Source: Paraspadella gotoi
Lineage: Eukaryota > Animalia > Chaetognatha
Direction of reading: 5' to 3'
Length of the DNA stretch: 64,000 bases
NCBI GenBank assembly: GCA_051294375.1
Contig: CM119270.1
Coordinates: forward strand, 384,713 to 448,712
Positions 38,045 through 51,261 of the stretch are shown here, piece after piece (position 1 is the stretch's first letter; every line of letters starts with the position of its first letter). The translations under genes and the position numbers were made by a program. The notes under the pieces were generated by a model. The model saw only the letters and a list, made by a program, of their open reading frames with translations. It was not told the DNA's origin and did no database searches.

Positions 38045-39815
38045 CTGTGTAAGGGATACATTCTTAGAATAATACTGATTGATGATTGAATTCAACAATC
38101 TCATTTGCATATAGTAGGAAATTATTTCAAGACCCACTGTTTTAATATGCTTTTCTATATCGTTTAGAAGTGTGATTGATTCATGGATAATTCATGGATT
38201 GAGAGAAGATGCAACAATATTAAGAAATAACTAATGGTATATAATTCATCACCTGTGCTTCACTCTTATACCTGTCGCTCGAAAAAACTTCGCTTCATGT
38301 CGGACCTTTTCTCCTCTTGTCAGTTTTGGGTATTAAAATTAAAAAAATGGGAAAGTAAGGTAGGGTAAGGTAAACAATATGTTATAAACACAACAAATGA
38401 GTGAGACTAAACTGAGTAACTTAGGAGAATGATGAATATACAAATCTTGATTACAACAAAATGTTGATACATGTTTAAAGAATGGTGGTCGCAGGATTGT
38501 GCCCACGTAGTATTGGGCACATAAAAATGCGCGCCCCGGATTGATTTATAAATATATCGATTCCTTAACAAACTATACTGATGATGGACTATAAAAAGTT
38601 AAAAGATAGTAAAAACTATTAACTGCATCATTTATGTATGATTGAAGATGCGATTATAAAGTTAAACAAACGAATAATGACGAATAAATTGAAAGGAAAA
38701 AGTTTTTAAAGAAGAAGAAAAAATGACAGAAAGTCAAAAAGAAAGTGGAAAAGTTGAGGGAAATATATTATTAAAATAGAACAAATAAATAAAGAGAGAG
38801 CGAGAGAGAGAGAGAGAGAGAGAGTTTTACTTGGGGTTACCGATAAGCGCTGCACCACAAACTTATGATACTTCTTCTTCCATTTTAAATCCGAATGGAA
38901 GTTGGAATGAGAAATTATGTCACGAGACGAGAAAGAGAAGAGAGAGAGGATGAGAGAAGAGAGAGATGAGAGAGAGAGAGAGAGAGATTCTCTCACTCTG
39001 CAGGGAGGGACTAATGGACTATCGACGTATTATAAAGAGGCTCTGCGGAATTCTCAGAAAACAAAAGGCATTTGATTCTTCTGGCGCCTTTAGTTTCAAA
39101 TGTGGTTGGCAGAAAGAAATAAATGTACAGAAGATAAAAGAAAAAAAAAAGAATAAAAAAAAATTAAAAAAATAAAAAAAGAAAGAAAGAATTATTTGTC
39201 GTCATCAACAGCGTTGGTTCGCGGATTCTGTAGCGACTTTTGTCAGTGAATCTTTCTTAAAAATGACTTTCTTTTATGAAATTTTATGAAATTAAAACCA
39301 TTATGAAAATTATCCATTCATTTACTAAAATATGTTGATTGCAGACTTTTCTTACAATGGGTTAAGGCCTGCATACCTGGAACAAAATAAAGACATATCA
39401 TGTCATAACGTATCATTGCATAACAGAGCATAACACAACTTGATACCTTGTATGATTGTTTATTTTTTAACTGGCATGAATAAAGAAATAATTTATTGTC
39501 TAATATATCTCGTTTAAAAAAAATAGTAAAATTAAATAACTTGACAAGCAATATTATTTCAATTAAAATAATAAACGACGCAGTATATCTTAAAGCCAAG
39601 AAGATGCTACACTGTATAAAACTCTCTGCTCTTTTGTTTGAGAACGATTCGACTTAAAGTTTAAAGTAGAGGCGCCACTGCATCATTCAAGGAAAGAGTC
39701 GACGCTCGTAAATTGTAAAATTCTCTTTAGCCTTAGGTATAGGGTGGTCATTCTCTCTCGCTCTCTCTCTCTCTTCTGCACACATTCCTCCACCCTCTCA
39801 ACATCCCACACTTAC

Positions 39816-39953
39816 CACTTCTTTGCCCACATCCGGCTCTTCGTGTCCATAGTAACCGAAAAAGTCTTCCAGATCAACTTCGTCTGCTGCTGATGGAATA
39901 TCTGGAGTTTCGTTGTCATCGCGGCGAAATCTTGCTTTGTACTCGAGGCAGTC
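39816..39953 (-). CDS. Gene 2, internal exon
   Basis: acag|DCLEYKARFRRDDNETPDIPSAADEVDLEDFFGYYGHEEPDVGKEV|gtaagt; phases 0/0. Confidence 0.7.
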
Positions 39954-40129
39954 CTGTCACAGTGCGGGCGAGGGAGCTTGTTGTTGTTGTTGTTATGGTA
40001 GTTTTGTTCTTGTTATTGTAAATTAAGTTAGTGAAGTAGTTAATAGTCAATAGTTAAATTAGGTATTGTTGTTATTGTTATTAGGGAAGATACATATCTT
40101 TTTCCCTCTCTCTTTCTCTTTTTTTCTTA

Positions 40130-40161
<32 letters not shown>

Positions 40162-40480
40162 NNNNNNNNNNNNNNNNNNNNNNNNNNNNNNNNNNNNNNN
40201 NNNNNNNNNNNNNNNNNNNNNNNNNNNNNNNNNNNNNNNNNNNNNNNNNNNNNNNNNNNNNNNNNNNNNNNNNNNNNNNNNNNNNNNNNNNNNNNNNNNN
40301 NNNNNNNNNNNNNNNNNNNNNNNNNNNNNNNNNNNNNNNNNNNNNNNNNNNNNNNNNNNNNNNNNNNNNNNNAGTGAGAGAGGGAGAAAGTGGGAGAAAA
40401 AGAAATATAGTGAGATAGACAAAGAAACAAAAAGAGAAAAAGAGAAGAAAGTTAAAAGATAGAGAGATAGACCGACCTAC

Positions 40481-40575
40481 CCTAAAGAACTCTTCAGCCA
40501 ACATATTGCAACTGAAAATCCCTCTGGCCCGAGGTCCGTCGTCATAGTAACCGATGATGTAGTCTTCGTACATTT
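40481..40575 (-). CDS. Gene 2, internal exon
   Basis: tcag|xMYEDYIIGYYDDGPRARGIFSCNMLAEEFFR|gtaggt; phases 1/0. Another exon probably lies in the gap region 40679-40899. Confidence 0.7.
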
Positions 40576-41609
40576 CTGATGGTGATGGGGAAAAATATTT
40601 AAACAGGAATTGTGAAGTGAATATAGATTGTTGTATTAGGAAATATTAGGATATTGTTATATTAAGATAGTTCATTACGAATCGGCTTTCCCACGCAGGG
40701 ANNNNNNNNNNNNNNNNNNNNNNNNNNNNNNNNNNNNNNNNNNNNNNNNNNNNNNNNNNNNNNNNNNNNNNNNNNNNNNNNNNNNNNNNNNNNNNNNNNN
40801 NNNNNNNNNNNNNNNNNNNNNNNNNNNNNNNNNNNNNNNNNNNNNNNNNNNNNNNNNNNNNNNNNNNNNNNNNNNNNNNNNNNNNNNNNNNCAGCATCTT
40901 CTACAGACTTTCATTTTTTCCCATTTTATCCCTAATTGACAACATTTTAATCGAGATATCTTCCTCTAATGAAAAAACCGTCGAGAGAATTCAGTTTTTC
41001 TTCTCATTTCTCTCTCTCTCTCTCTCTCTCTCNNNNNNNNNNNNNNNNNNNNNNNNNNNNNNNNNNNNNNNNNNNNNNNNNNNNNNNNNNNNNNNNNNNN
41101 NNNNNNNNNNNNNNNNNNNNNNNNNNNNNNNNNNNNNNNNNNNNNNNNNNNNNNNNNNNNTTTTTTAATTAGTCTTTGTTCATTGTTTATCGTTTACGAG
41201 AAGATACATTTGTCATTTCAGACGAGAATTCAATCTGAAAAAAAAAAACTGTGATAGTTAAAATGAGTTTTTGAAAGATTAATTCATGAAATATTTTTCG
41301 CTTCTCTTTGCAGATAAAGTTTATCTTTTATTGGATGTTAATTTTTTTCTTATACTATTCATATTTACCCTTATTACAATCCCATGTTCGGGATTTCTTC
41401 TTAGAATAAATATCTTTTTTGCTCCATAAAAATCTTTCTCTTTTTTCTTATTCTTTCTTTTTTTATTACTTTTCTCATTACTTGTCAGCGATTAATTGTT
41501 TGATGGATTGATTGATTAATTGATCGATTTACAAAATAATTGATGGATTAAATGATTGATTGAATTTTGACTGAAATTTATTTTTTGATTTATAGAAGGA
41601 TTCAATGAC

Positions 41610-41658
<49 letters not shown>

Positions 41659-41706
41659 GATTGAATGATTGACTGAATGATTGATCGAGCGATTAATCGC
41701 TCTCAC

Positions 41707-42451
41707 CATAAAAATGCACCATCTCGTCCTCGCATTCGTCCAAAAAATCCTCCATCAATTCTTCCAACGCTTCGTCCACGTCCGCCCCTGCTCCGTCGCG
41801 TCTGACGCGCCGCCGCTGCCCGAAGATGGTCGGCAGCAGCGGCAGCGCCGGCACCTCGGGCCTGGAGCCTTCCTCCTCTGGCTCCACGTAGCAGGGCTCC
41901 TCCAGCGGACACGGGCAACGGCAGGGATCTTCGCCGCACGGGCACGGAGGGCGTTGGCAGCGGCGCCGCTCCAGCTCNNNNNNNNNNNNNNNNNNNNNNN
42001 NNNNNNNNNNNNNNNNNNNNNNNNNNNNNNNNNNNNNNNNNNNNNNNNNNNNNNNNNNNNNNNNNNNNNNNNNNNNNNNNNNNNNNNNNNNNNNNNNNNN
42101 NNNNNNNNNNNNNNNNNNNNNNNNNNNNNNNNNNNNNNNNNNNNNNNNNNNNNNNNNNNNNNNNNNNNNNNNNNNNNNNNNNNNNNNNNNNNNNNNNNNN
42201 NNNNNNNNNNNNNNNNNNNNNNNNNNNNNNNNNNNNNNNNNNNNNNNNNNNNNNNNNNNNNNNNNNNNNNNNNNNNNNNNNNNNNNNNNNNNNNNNNNNN
42301 NNNNNNNNNNNNNNNNNNNNNNNNNNNNNNNNNNNNNNNNNNNNNNNNNNNNNNNNNNNNNNNNNNNNNNNNNNTCCGTATTTTATGAGCCTCCTCAGCA
42401 GATATGGAACTGGTCCTGGGTTTGGAACCAGGCTTGGGGGTTTTTTAGGGC
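41707..42451 (-). CDS. Gene 2, exon(s) 5, interrupted by N gap 41978-42374
   Basis: GPKKPPSLVPNPGPVPYLLRRLIKYG-[gap]-ELERRRCQRPPCPCGEDPCRCPCPLEEPCYVEPEEEGSRPEVPALPLLPTIFGQRRRVRRDGAGADVDEALEELMEDFLDECEDEMVHFY|gtgag. Confidence 0.7.
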
Positions 42452-42664
42452 CTTAGGCTAAGGTAGTTGACGGACGTCCTTACGCTTCACAAAGTGTAGG
42501 TACCATTGGGGATCGAAAGGAAAGGAAAGGAAAGGAAAGGAAAGGAAAGGAAAGGAAAGGAAAGGAAAGGAAAGGAAAGGAAAGGAAAGGAAAGGAAAGG
42601 AAAGGAATAAAAAAGAAAGAAAAAGAAATGAAACGCTTCAAGACAGACAGCCAGACTGACCAAC

Positions 42665-42786
42665 CTAGTCTCGCCATCTCCTTTCTCTTCGCTCTCAGTT
42701 GCGCCCTCTCCCGTCGACTTTTCAAAACGTCTCGACTCGGCGAATCTCCGACGCGAGCAACGCCCTCTTCGTAAGCCTCGAACACC
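42665..42786 (-). CDS. Gene 2, exon 4
   Basis: ccag|RVFEAYEEGVARVGDSPSRDVLKSRRERAQLRAKRKEMARL|gttggt; phases 2/1. Confidence 0.65.
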
Positions 42787-42880
42787 CTGGTTAGAGAGAG
42801 AGTCGTTAGTGTCTCTGTCTCCGTGTGTCTCTCTCTCTCTTTCCCCCTCCCCTCTCCCCCCAACCTCTCTATCCCCCTAC

Positions 42881-43020
42881 CTCTCTTCTCCTCTCTTTTC
42901 TTTCGTCGCATCGCTGATTGTAAAGAGCAACTCGTTCATGAAATCCATGCCCATCCCAAGTTTGGTTCTCGATCCGCCGAAAGTCAATTCCTTGGCCAGA
43001 GTCACCGCCCATTGTTTCAC
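42881..43020 (-). CDS. Gene 2, exon 3
   Basis: ttag|VKQWAVTLAKELTFGGSRTKLGMGMDFMNELLFTISDATKEKRGEE|gtaggg; phases 0/2. Confidence 0.65.
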
Positions 43021-43190
43021 CTAATTTGTGATTGGAAGATCGGATTCATACATTAATCAATAATCAATGAAATTCTTTTATCAATACAACATAAAACATC
43101 AAAGTCAATGAATCAATGAATCAATCGTTTGGTGGATAAGGTGCAACGGAGGCTGAAGACTGAAGAGTGCTCTCCGCTACTTCTTTCAAC

Positions 43191-43322
43191 CCCTTCTAGC
43201 TGCCACGGAACGGGTCCTGGGCTTGGAACCCGGCTGGAGGGTTTTTTTAGTCCCCCAAGGTGGTTTACGGTCGTCCTCACGATTTCCGCAGGGTACAGAT
43301 CCCAGTGCCTAATCGTCATGTG
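43191..43322 (-). CDS. Gene 2, exon 2 (boundaries tentative)
   Basis: aatcag|HMTIRHWDLYPAEIVRTTVNHLGGLKKPSSRVPSPGPVPWQLEG|gttgaa; phases 0/0. Confidence 0.5.
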
Positions 43323-43523
43323 CTGATTGTATTACTCAATGAGCCAACGGGTCGCGACTGAAGGCGACTTGCTAATAAGCGGAATGAACATATTGCAATG
43401 CATGAAAACAAATTGAACAATAATAATATCCAATTATTATCCCAAATAATTAGTCAATCTTATAATCGATAATTTGAATGAAATCAATCATTCGATCAAT
43501 CAATCAACCAATCAATCAATTAC

Positions 43524-43577
43524 CTTAGGACCCCTCGGGTCCGGAACCAAAGCGTCAATTTCTTCGTCCGTCAACAT
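43524..43577 (-). CDS. Gene 2 (uncharacterised protein), exon 1
   Basis: aaaATG MLTDEEIDALVPDPRGPK|gtaatt. Confidence 0.6.
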
Positions 43578-43959
43578 TTTCGTTTCTAATTATGTATAAT
43601 TGTTTTTTTTTAAATATTACTACTTAAAACATTTATAAAAATTAGTTATGGCTACTAAACTCTGTCGTAAGAATGTCGAATAACCGATCAGAGGAAACAT
43701 TTAATTTTTATAGGAAAAGAAGATGAACCGGAAAAAATTTAAGCGATGAAAGTAGATGCGAGAAAGGAGAGAGTAGAGAAGAGAGAGAGAGGAGGAGATG
43801 GAGAGAGAGAGAGAGGAGGAGAGAGAGAGAGAGAGAGAGAGGTGTGAAGACATTTCGTGCGGGTTTGCCATGGGATTGTAAAAGTCAATCTTAACCTCAC
43901 CGATTAATCTACTAAACTATTTAATGTATTTAACTATTTAATGTATAATAATAAAATAA

Positions 43960-44062
43960 GTGATGGGGCCCTTAAACCACCAAAGCCTGTCCAAAGTCAG
44001 GGGCAAGATAGCTTATTTATTAAATGAATGGATAATTTTTATATTGGTTGTACCAATTTCAT
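43960..44062 (-). repeat. Second copy of the 6840-6940 dispersed repeat
   Basis: gtgatggggcccttaaaccaccaaagcctgtccaaagtcagggg...ttggttgtaccaatttcat is a near-identical reverse complement of 6840-6940. Confidence 0.85.
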
Positions 44063-45852
44063 AAATAAGATTAATCTCTGATCTTGTTTTCTCTAATCCA
44101 CTGTGGGAGTGAGTCTCGACTCTTTGCCCTCAAATTCACTGTGCCGACTCTATTGACCGAGAGACGAACTTCAGAAGGCGAAGGTCAATCGTCAGGGGAA
44201 ATTAAAACGCAAAAATATTTCCTCTCTTTTCTTTTCTTTTCTTTTCTTTTCTTTTCTACTCTTTTCTTTTCTTTTGATATTTCGTAAACTACCACACTCC
44301 TCTATCCTTTTCTTTTATTTTTTCTACTTTTTTTCTTCTCTTTTCCTCTCTTTTTTCTTCTCTTTTCCTATCTTTTTCCTTCTCTTTTCCTCTCTTTTTT
44401 CCTTTTCTTTTCCCATCTTTTTTCCTTCTCTTTTCCTCTCTTTTTTCCTTCTCTTTTTCTTCTCATTTTTCCTTCTCTTTTCCTCTCTTTTTCCCTTTTC
44501 TTTTCACATAATTTTTTCTTCTCTCTTCCTCTCGTTTTTACTTCTCTGTTCCTCTCTTTTTCCTTCTCTTTTCCTCTCTTTTTTCTTCTCTTTTCCTCTC
44601 GCCATAATTCGTTTTGAATACTTAAAATCTCTAACATGAAACCGACGACTGACAACGACGACGACAACGACAAAAATGACGACGACAATGACGACGACAA
44701 TGACGACGACGACGACGACGATGACAAAGACGACGACAATGACGACGATGACGACGACGACGACGACGACGACGATGACAAATACGAAGAACACCGTCTG
44801 TGACTTTGTTTATTGAGGTGAAATTTCATTAGCCAATCTTCACAGTGCTATTTTTGTGATTCATTGATTCAGCTAATGTTTAATATACTCGTTTCACTCT
44901 ATTGACATAAATTTTGTCGTCATTGTCATCATTTCCATCATTTTTGTCATTATTGTCATTATTTTTATCATTTCTATAATTATTGTCATTTTGGTTTTCG
45001 TTTTCATAGTATTCATCATTGTTAATCATCATTGTCATCATTGCGATCAAAGTTGTCGTCATCATCGAAGTCGCATAACTTTTTTTCGTCTTCGTCATCA
45101 TCGTCTTCTTTATCGTCGTCGTCATCGTCGTCTTCTTTATCGTCGTCGTCATCGTCGTCTTCTTCGTCCCCGTTCGCCACATTTTAAGTCCAACGCAAAA
45201 CTTTTCCGATTTTATGAGTCGAGGCGAAGAAAACACGAAACACAAAATGTTTTCCCAAAATTCTCTCCNNNNNNNNNNNNNNNNNNNNNNNNNNNNNNNN
45301 NNNNNNNNNNNNNNNNNNNNNNNNNNNNNNNNNNNNNNNNNNNNNNNNNNNNNNNNNNNNNNNNNNNNNNNNNNNNNNNNNNNNNNNNNNNNNNNNNNNN
45401 NNNNNNNNNNNNNNNNNNNNNNNNNNNNNNNNNNNNNNNTTTTTTAAACTAAAAAATCACGATTGACTGATTTTAGTGGAATTTTGTTGTGGTTGATTTT
45501 ATCGTGTCGTTCGTCGTCGTCGTCGTTGTCGTTTGTTGTCGTCGTCTTCGTTGTCGTTCGTCGTCGTCTTCGTTGTCGTTCGTCGTCTTCGTTGTCGTCG
45601 TTCGTCGTCGTCATCCGCTTCTAGTGAATAATTTTGTTAGACTAACAAAACGTTAATATTATGTAATATTAATTTCAACGATTATTAACCCAAAAAATGA
45701 AACAGAACATAAACAAAACGTTTTTTTTTTTTTTTTAAGAAATCTCAGAAAAGTTAAACAACAACAACAAAGACAACAAGAGCAACAACAGCAACAACAG
45801 CAACAACAGCAACAACAATAACGATCGGAAAACTCGCTTTTAGCGAAAAAAA

Positions 45853-45908
<56 letters not shown>

Positions 45909-47624
45909 TTATAGAGATAAACAACGAGTTTTTTTTTCATCTCAAACGAAAACGAAGTCATTTTTCTTTCTAATGTTTTTTCCGAGTTTCACTCTTTTTC
46001 TTTCCTTTTTACTTTTCTTTTCTTTCCTTTTTACTTTTCTTTTCTTTCCTTTTTACTTTTCTTTTCTTTTCTTTTTACTTTTCTTTTCTTTCCTTTTTAC
46101 TTTTCTTTTTTCATATCTTTTCCTTTCTTTCCTTTTTATTATTTTTTTCTTTTATTCTTTTTTTTCTGATTCTTTCTTTCTTTTCTCCTTTTTATGTTTT
46201 CTATTCTTTTCTTTTTTCACTTTCCTCCATTATTTTAATCCTCACGAAATTTCCCTTCGCGCTTTTTAAAACAAAAATATTCTAATTCGATAAAATATCA
46301 TTTAGCCTAAAAAGTATGAAATGTGAAGAAGGAAGAGGAAGGGGGAAGGAGAAAGAGAAGGAGGAAGTAAAAGAGGAAGATAAGAAAGAAGAGATGGAGG
46401 AAAAAGAAGGAGGAAGAAAAAGAGGAAGAGAAAGAGGAAGAGAAGGAGGAAGAGGAAGGAGAAAAAAAGAGGAAGAAAAGGAGAAAGAGAAGGAGGAAGA
46501 GAAGGAGGAAGAGGAAGGAGAANNNNNNNNNNNNNNNNNNNNNNNNNNNNNNNNNNNNNNNNNNNNNNNNNNNNNNNNNNNNNNNNNNNNNNNNNNNNNN
46601 NNNNNNNNNNNNNNNNNNNAGAGAAGGAGGAAGAGAAGGAGGAAGAGGAAGGAGAAAAAAATAGGAAAAAACGGAGAAAGAGAAGGAGGAAGAGGAAATA
46701 AAGGAAGGAGGAAGAGAAGGAGGAAGAGGAAGGAGGAAGAGAAGGAGGCGAAGGCATAAATAAGATAAAAACGAGTAAAGAATTTGAGTCGAAAATCTTT
46801 TGTTTTTTCTTGTAAAAAGACGGAAATAAACTCGAAGTGGATAACTGTTCCAACTTCCAACTTACCTGACTCTTAACGTTACTTACCTTTTTAGGCTCGA
46901 GCAAATCGATTCAGATTTGGATTCAAAATAAAATTAAGTTAAGATTATGATTCAAATTTAGATTAGAATTTAAATTAAGATTTAGATTAAGAATTAGCTT
47001 TTGATTCAAATAAAGATTTAGATTACAAGTCAAACTAAAATTTTAGTTATAATTTAGATTTGCATTGAGATTAAGATTTAGATTAGAAGTTAGATTAGAA
47101 TTGAGAGCAAAATTTATATTATATAGGATATAGGATTACATTAAGATGATGATTTAGAACAAGGTAAAAAAACTAAATACTAAAAATTAAAAACTTTTTT
47201 CTTCTCTTCATTTTTTAGTGAATCAAAATTTTGTTTAAAATTTTCATTTAAAAAAAAAATTAAGCTTGAAATTTAATATTTTAATCTGAGATTATTCTAG
47301 ATTTACTCTAACTTCATTTAATTTTGAAAAATTTTTTCCGAACTTATATAATTTTTGTTTTTAGTTTTCCTACGTATTATTTTTTCTTTTTTCTTTTTTT
47401 TGTCTTTTTTCCTTTTATTTTCTTCTTTCTTTTCTTTTTTTTTTCTGCTGAGCCCCACGGTTTTTAAAGGTTTTCATTTTTTTCCCTTAGCTCAGAACGA
47501 TTAACGTTTGAAAAAGACGACGACGACGACGACGACTACGACGACGACGACGCCAAAAAATTCCGAGTCACGTGATCATTCCCTCGAGAGGAGGCGGCGG
47601 GGGTTCTTAAAACTGAAGGATTCG

Positions 47625-47677
<53 letters not shown>

Positions 47678-50633
47678 GAGAGGGAAGAAGAGGAAAAAGA
47701 GAGGAAGAGGGAGTGAAAAAAGGGAGAGGAAAGTGAGGTAGGAAGGTAGAAAGAGGAAGGAAATAGAGAAAAAGAAAAGAAGAAGAAAAGAAGAGTCAAG
47801 AAAAATAGGGAAGAGAAAAATAAGAAGGAAAGGAAAGAAGAAGAAAAAAAAGAGAGAGAAAAAAAGGAAAGGAAAGGAAAAGAAATGGAAAGGGAGGAAA
47901 GGAAAAAATAAAAAGAAAACGAGAGAGAAAAGGAAAAAAAGAAGGAAAGAAAAGAAAAAGAAAAAGAAAAGGAGTAAAGGAAAGAAAAAAAAAGGAGGAA
48001 AAAAGGAAGAAGAAAAAGAAAAGGAGGAGTGAGAAAAGGAGGAAAAAAGAAGAAAAAAATAGAAGAAATAGAGGAAAAAGAAAAGGAGGAAAGAAAAGAA
48101 AAAGAAAAAAAGGAGGAAAGAAAAGAAGAAGAAAAAGAAAAGGAAGAAAGAAAATGTTGAGAAAAAAAGAAGAAGAAAGAGAAAATAAAAGGAGGAGAGA
48201 GAAAAGAAGGAAAAAAGAAGAATAAAAAAAAAGAAATAGAGGAGAAAGAAAAGGAGGAAAGAAAAGAAGAAGAAAAAGNNNNNNNNNNNNNNNNNNNNNN
48301 NNNNNNNNNNNNNNNNNNNNNNNNNNNNNNNNNNNNNNNNNNNNNNNNNNNNNNNNNNNNNNNNNNNNNNNNNNNNNNNNNNNNNNNNNNNNNNNNNNNN
48401 NNNNNNNNNNNNNNNNNNNNNNNNNNNNNNNNNNNNNNNNNNNNNNNNNNNNNNNNNNNNNNNNNNNNNNNNNNNNNNNNNNNNNNNNNNNNNNNNNNNN
48501 NNNNNNNNNNNNNNNNNNNNNNNNNNNNNNNNNNNNNNNNNNNGAAAGAAAAGGAGGAAAGAAAAGAAGAAGAAAAAGAAAAGAAAAGGAGGAGAGAGAA
48601 AAGGGTTAAAGTTCTTCTTTTTGTTTTGCGTCGCGAACGAAACCATCGATCAAGAAACTCGCGAAATTGTGTCACGGAGGATTCACCGTTTTTGGCGGTG
48701 AAGACTGTGAGAGGAGAGGAGGAGAAGGAGGAGGAAGAGAAAGAGGATGAGGNNNNNNNNNNNNNNNNNNNNNNNNNGAGGATGAAGGAGGAATGGAAGA
48801 GAAAACAAAATTTTGGATGGACTAAGATTAACCCAAAAGATGGATAGAAATTAAGAGGTCCAGAAAATTGAGACAATGAGGAACATAAACAAAGATTTAA
48901 TTAAGTAAGAGTTACGATCAAAATACATTTATAAATTAAATCAAGCTGATTTATGAGAATAAACCATGAGTTATTTTTTTTTCCGGGGAAACCAATCTGG
49001 AGATTTGGAATCTTGATATCTGCATGTGAGCACCACAAATATATCGATACTAGACTTCAATCGTCCATCAACTTTGTACGTAATACTTTCCAGTCAATAC
49101 TCATGTTCAAAACCGTACCTTCTTAAAATTGACTGGGCCATCAGCCCATTTAGAACCCAACTTTAGCCCATACCTCACTAAATCGTTCGCCTTTTTCAAA
49201 GTCGGATTCTTAGTTTCGACTGACAAACTTTGTTTCATTCGAGAATTTTTCTTCCATTGCATTCAGTCTCTTTTTCTTCCCTCCTCGTTCGTCCTTAACT
49301 CTCCTCTCTCTCTCTTTTCCTTCCACCTCTCCTCTAATTCATTTCCTTCCTCCAATCTCCATCTTTCCTCCCTCTTTTTATCCTTTGTTCTCTCTTTTCC
49401 TCCATCTCTACCTCCTTTCCTCTCCCTCATCCTCCTTCCTCGTTTCTTCCTTCCTTCTCCCCTTCCTCCATTCTTCCTTTCCCTACTTCCTCTTCCTCCG
49501 TCTTTTCTCTTCTCCTCCCTCTCTCCATTTTGTTTCCATACCCTCGCGGTTTGGAGACAATTCCGTGCAATCAGAGGCCCATCATGAGACCGAAGCCTTA
49601 GAATAAGGAGGGAGAGAGAGAGAAGAGTCCAAGAGAGAGAGAGAGCAGAGAGACAGAGAGAGAAATATTGTCTTTCTCTCATCAAATTCTAATTAGAATC
49701 TTCTTATCTTAAAAGCGGTCATTTTCTCTCTCTCTCTCTCTCTCTCTCTTCTTCTCTCTTCTCTCTCTCTCTCTCTCTCTCTATCTATCCTCTCTATCAC
49801 CTCCTTTCACTCTTCCCAGATTGATCCGCCCCCTCTGTCTAATAACTCGCACTTACACACACACATATAGTCGCTCGTGTTCTCCTTCTCTCCTCCTTTT
49901 CTCTCTCTTTCCTCTTTCCTCTTTTTCCTCTCTTCCTTCTTCCCCCTTTCTCATCTCTCTCCTCCTTTCGCCACTTTTCTCTCGTCTTTTCTTCTCTCGT
50001 CTCTCTGTGTTCCAGTCAATACTGGCAATATTTCTTGTTTGATCTCATTTTCCATAACTCTTTGCCTGTCGCTCAATCCTCGCCTGTGCCAGTTATCCAC
50101 TCGATTTATATTGGCTTTTCCTCTTCTTGCCAGTTTCCTTGCCATTCTTTGCCAGTTCCTTTACTTGTTTTTCTCATTTCCCGTACTTTGTTCGTACGTA
50201 TTTTATGACCTTTTGTTAAATCAATTAATGTTTGTTGTTCTACTGTTTAATTATAATTGTATAGAGTGTTGTATTTGTAAACAATTGCCGCCTTCCGAAT
50301 CGCATACGAGATTTCAGGCGCTTTTTCTTAAGTAAAACAGTTCTGTACCAAATTAAAAATACAAATTCATTTGTTATGATTCATATATTCAAATATTTTT
50401 TATTATTACTAAGCGTCTTAATCATTATTACAAGTTAAGCGTGAGATTGAAAGACTTTATCAAAAGCCTATTTCATTGTTGTGAAGTTAAATGGCCTGTT
50501 GAACACCATTCAATTTTAGGAATTTAATTTAATTAAATTTAGGAAATTCAAATAATCTTAATAGTGACCGGTAGCTTTTAAACCAACTCTTATTTGGATC
50601 AAAACTTCTACGTCGTCGCAAAACTATCATTAA

Positions 50634-50676
<43 letters not shown>

Positions 50677-50763
50677 TATGTTTTTTTCATTCCTCGCAAA
50701 CGCAAACAAACGCTATATCGGATGATGTATGCAAATCGTGTAATTGCAAATCGCCGCGAGATT

Positions 50764-50796
<33 letters not shown>

Positions 50797-51185
50797 TGCT
50801 CTTTTATATTCGCGTTATTACATCAGAAACGAGGACGGAATTTCTTCTTTTTTTCTTTTTTCTTTTTTTTTTCTTATTTTTAATATTTAAAAACATTTTC
50901 CTATTTTTTTTTATTCAGAGTTATGATTTGCATCAGAAAGTGAGATTTTGTTTAGAATCCGGATATTTTATCCATTTTATATTCCCTAGACCATATATAT
51001 ATAATTACTACAACATGCAGATGAGAACAAGTTTTTATTTTCTTTCCTCCTTTAATTTTTTCCACCTTTTTTTCCTCCTTCATTTTTCTCTCCCTTCATT
51101 TTCATCTCCTTTTTCGATTTCCGACTTTTGACTTTTGACTTTTGTAGCCGTCGAACGAAGAGATATTTATTATTATAAATAATCA

Positions 51186-51261
51186 ATCCGCTCCGGGAAT
51201 CGAACCCGGTATCGAGAATCCCGGGACGCCTGGCTTAGTGCCCACTGCCATCCGGGCGGCT
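51186..51261 (-). pseudogene. tRNA-like relic or tRNA-derived SINE head
   Basis: Perfect T arm CCGGG-TTCGATT-CCCGG (B box) and an A-box-like TGGCAGTGGG; acceptor and anticodon stems imperfect. Confidence 0.5.

Noticed and set aside
21916-43337. TAA stop-codon reassignment (in-frame TAA at 21916, two upstream of exon I and one upstream of gene 2 exon 2)
   Set aside because: Three of the four lie upstream of good phase-compatible acceptors and are therefore intronic. The remaining one is in a region with evident indel errors. About 500 codons of exons A-I contain none.
47536-48876. Longest ORFs (446 and 356 aa, Phe/Ser-rich) and similar RE/SL-repeat ORFs across the window
   Set aside because: Purine/pyrimidine tracts and N runs rarely contain stops; no coding signal.
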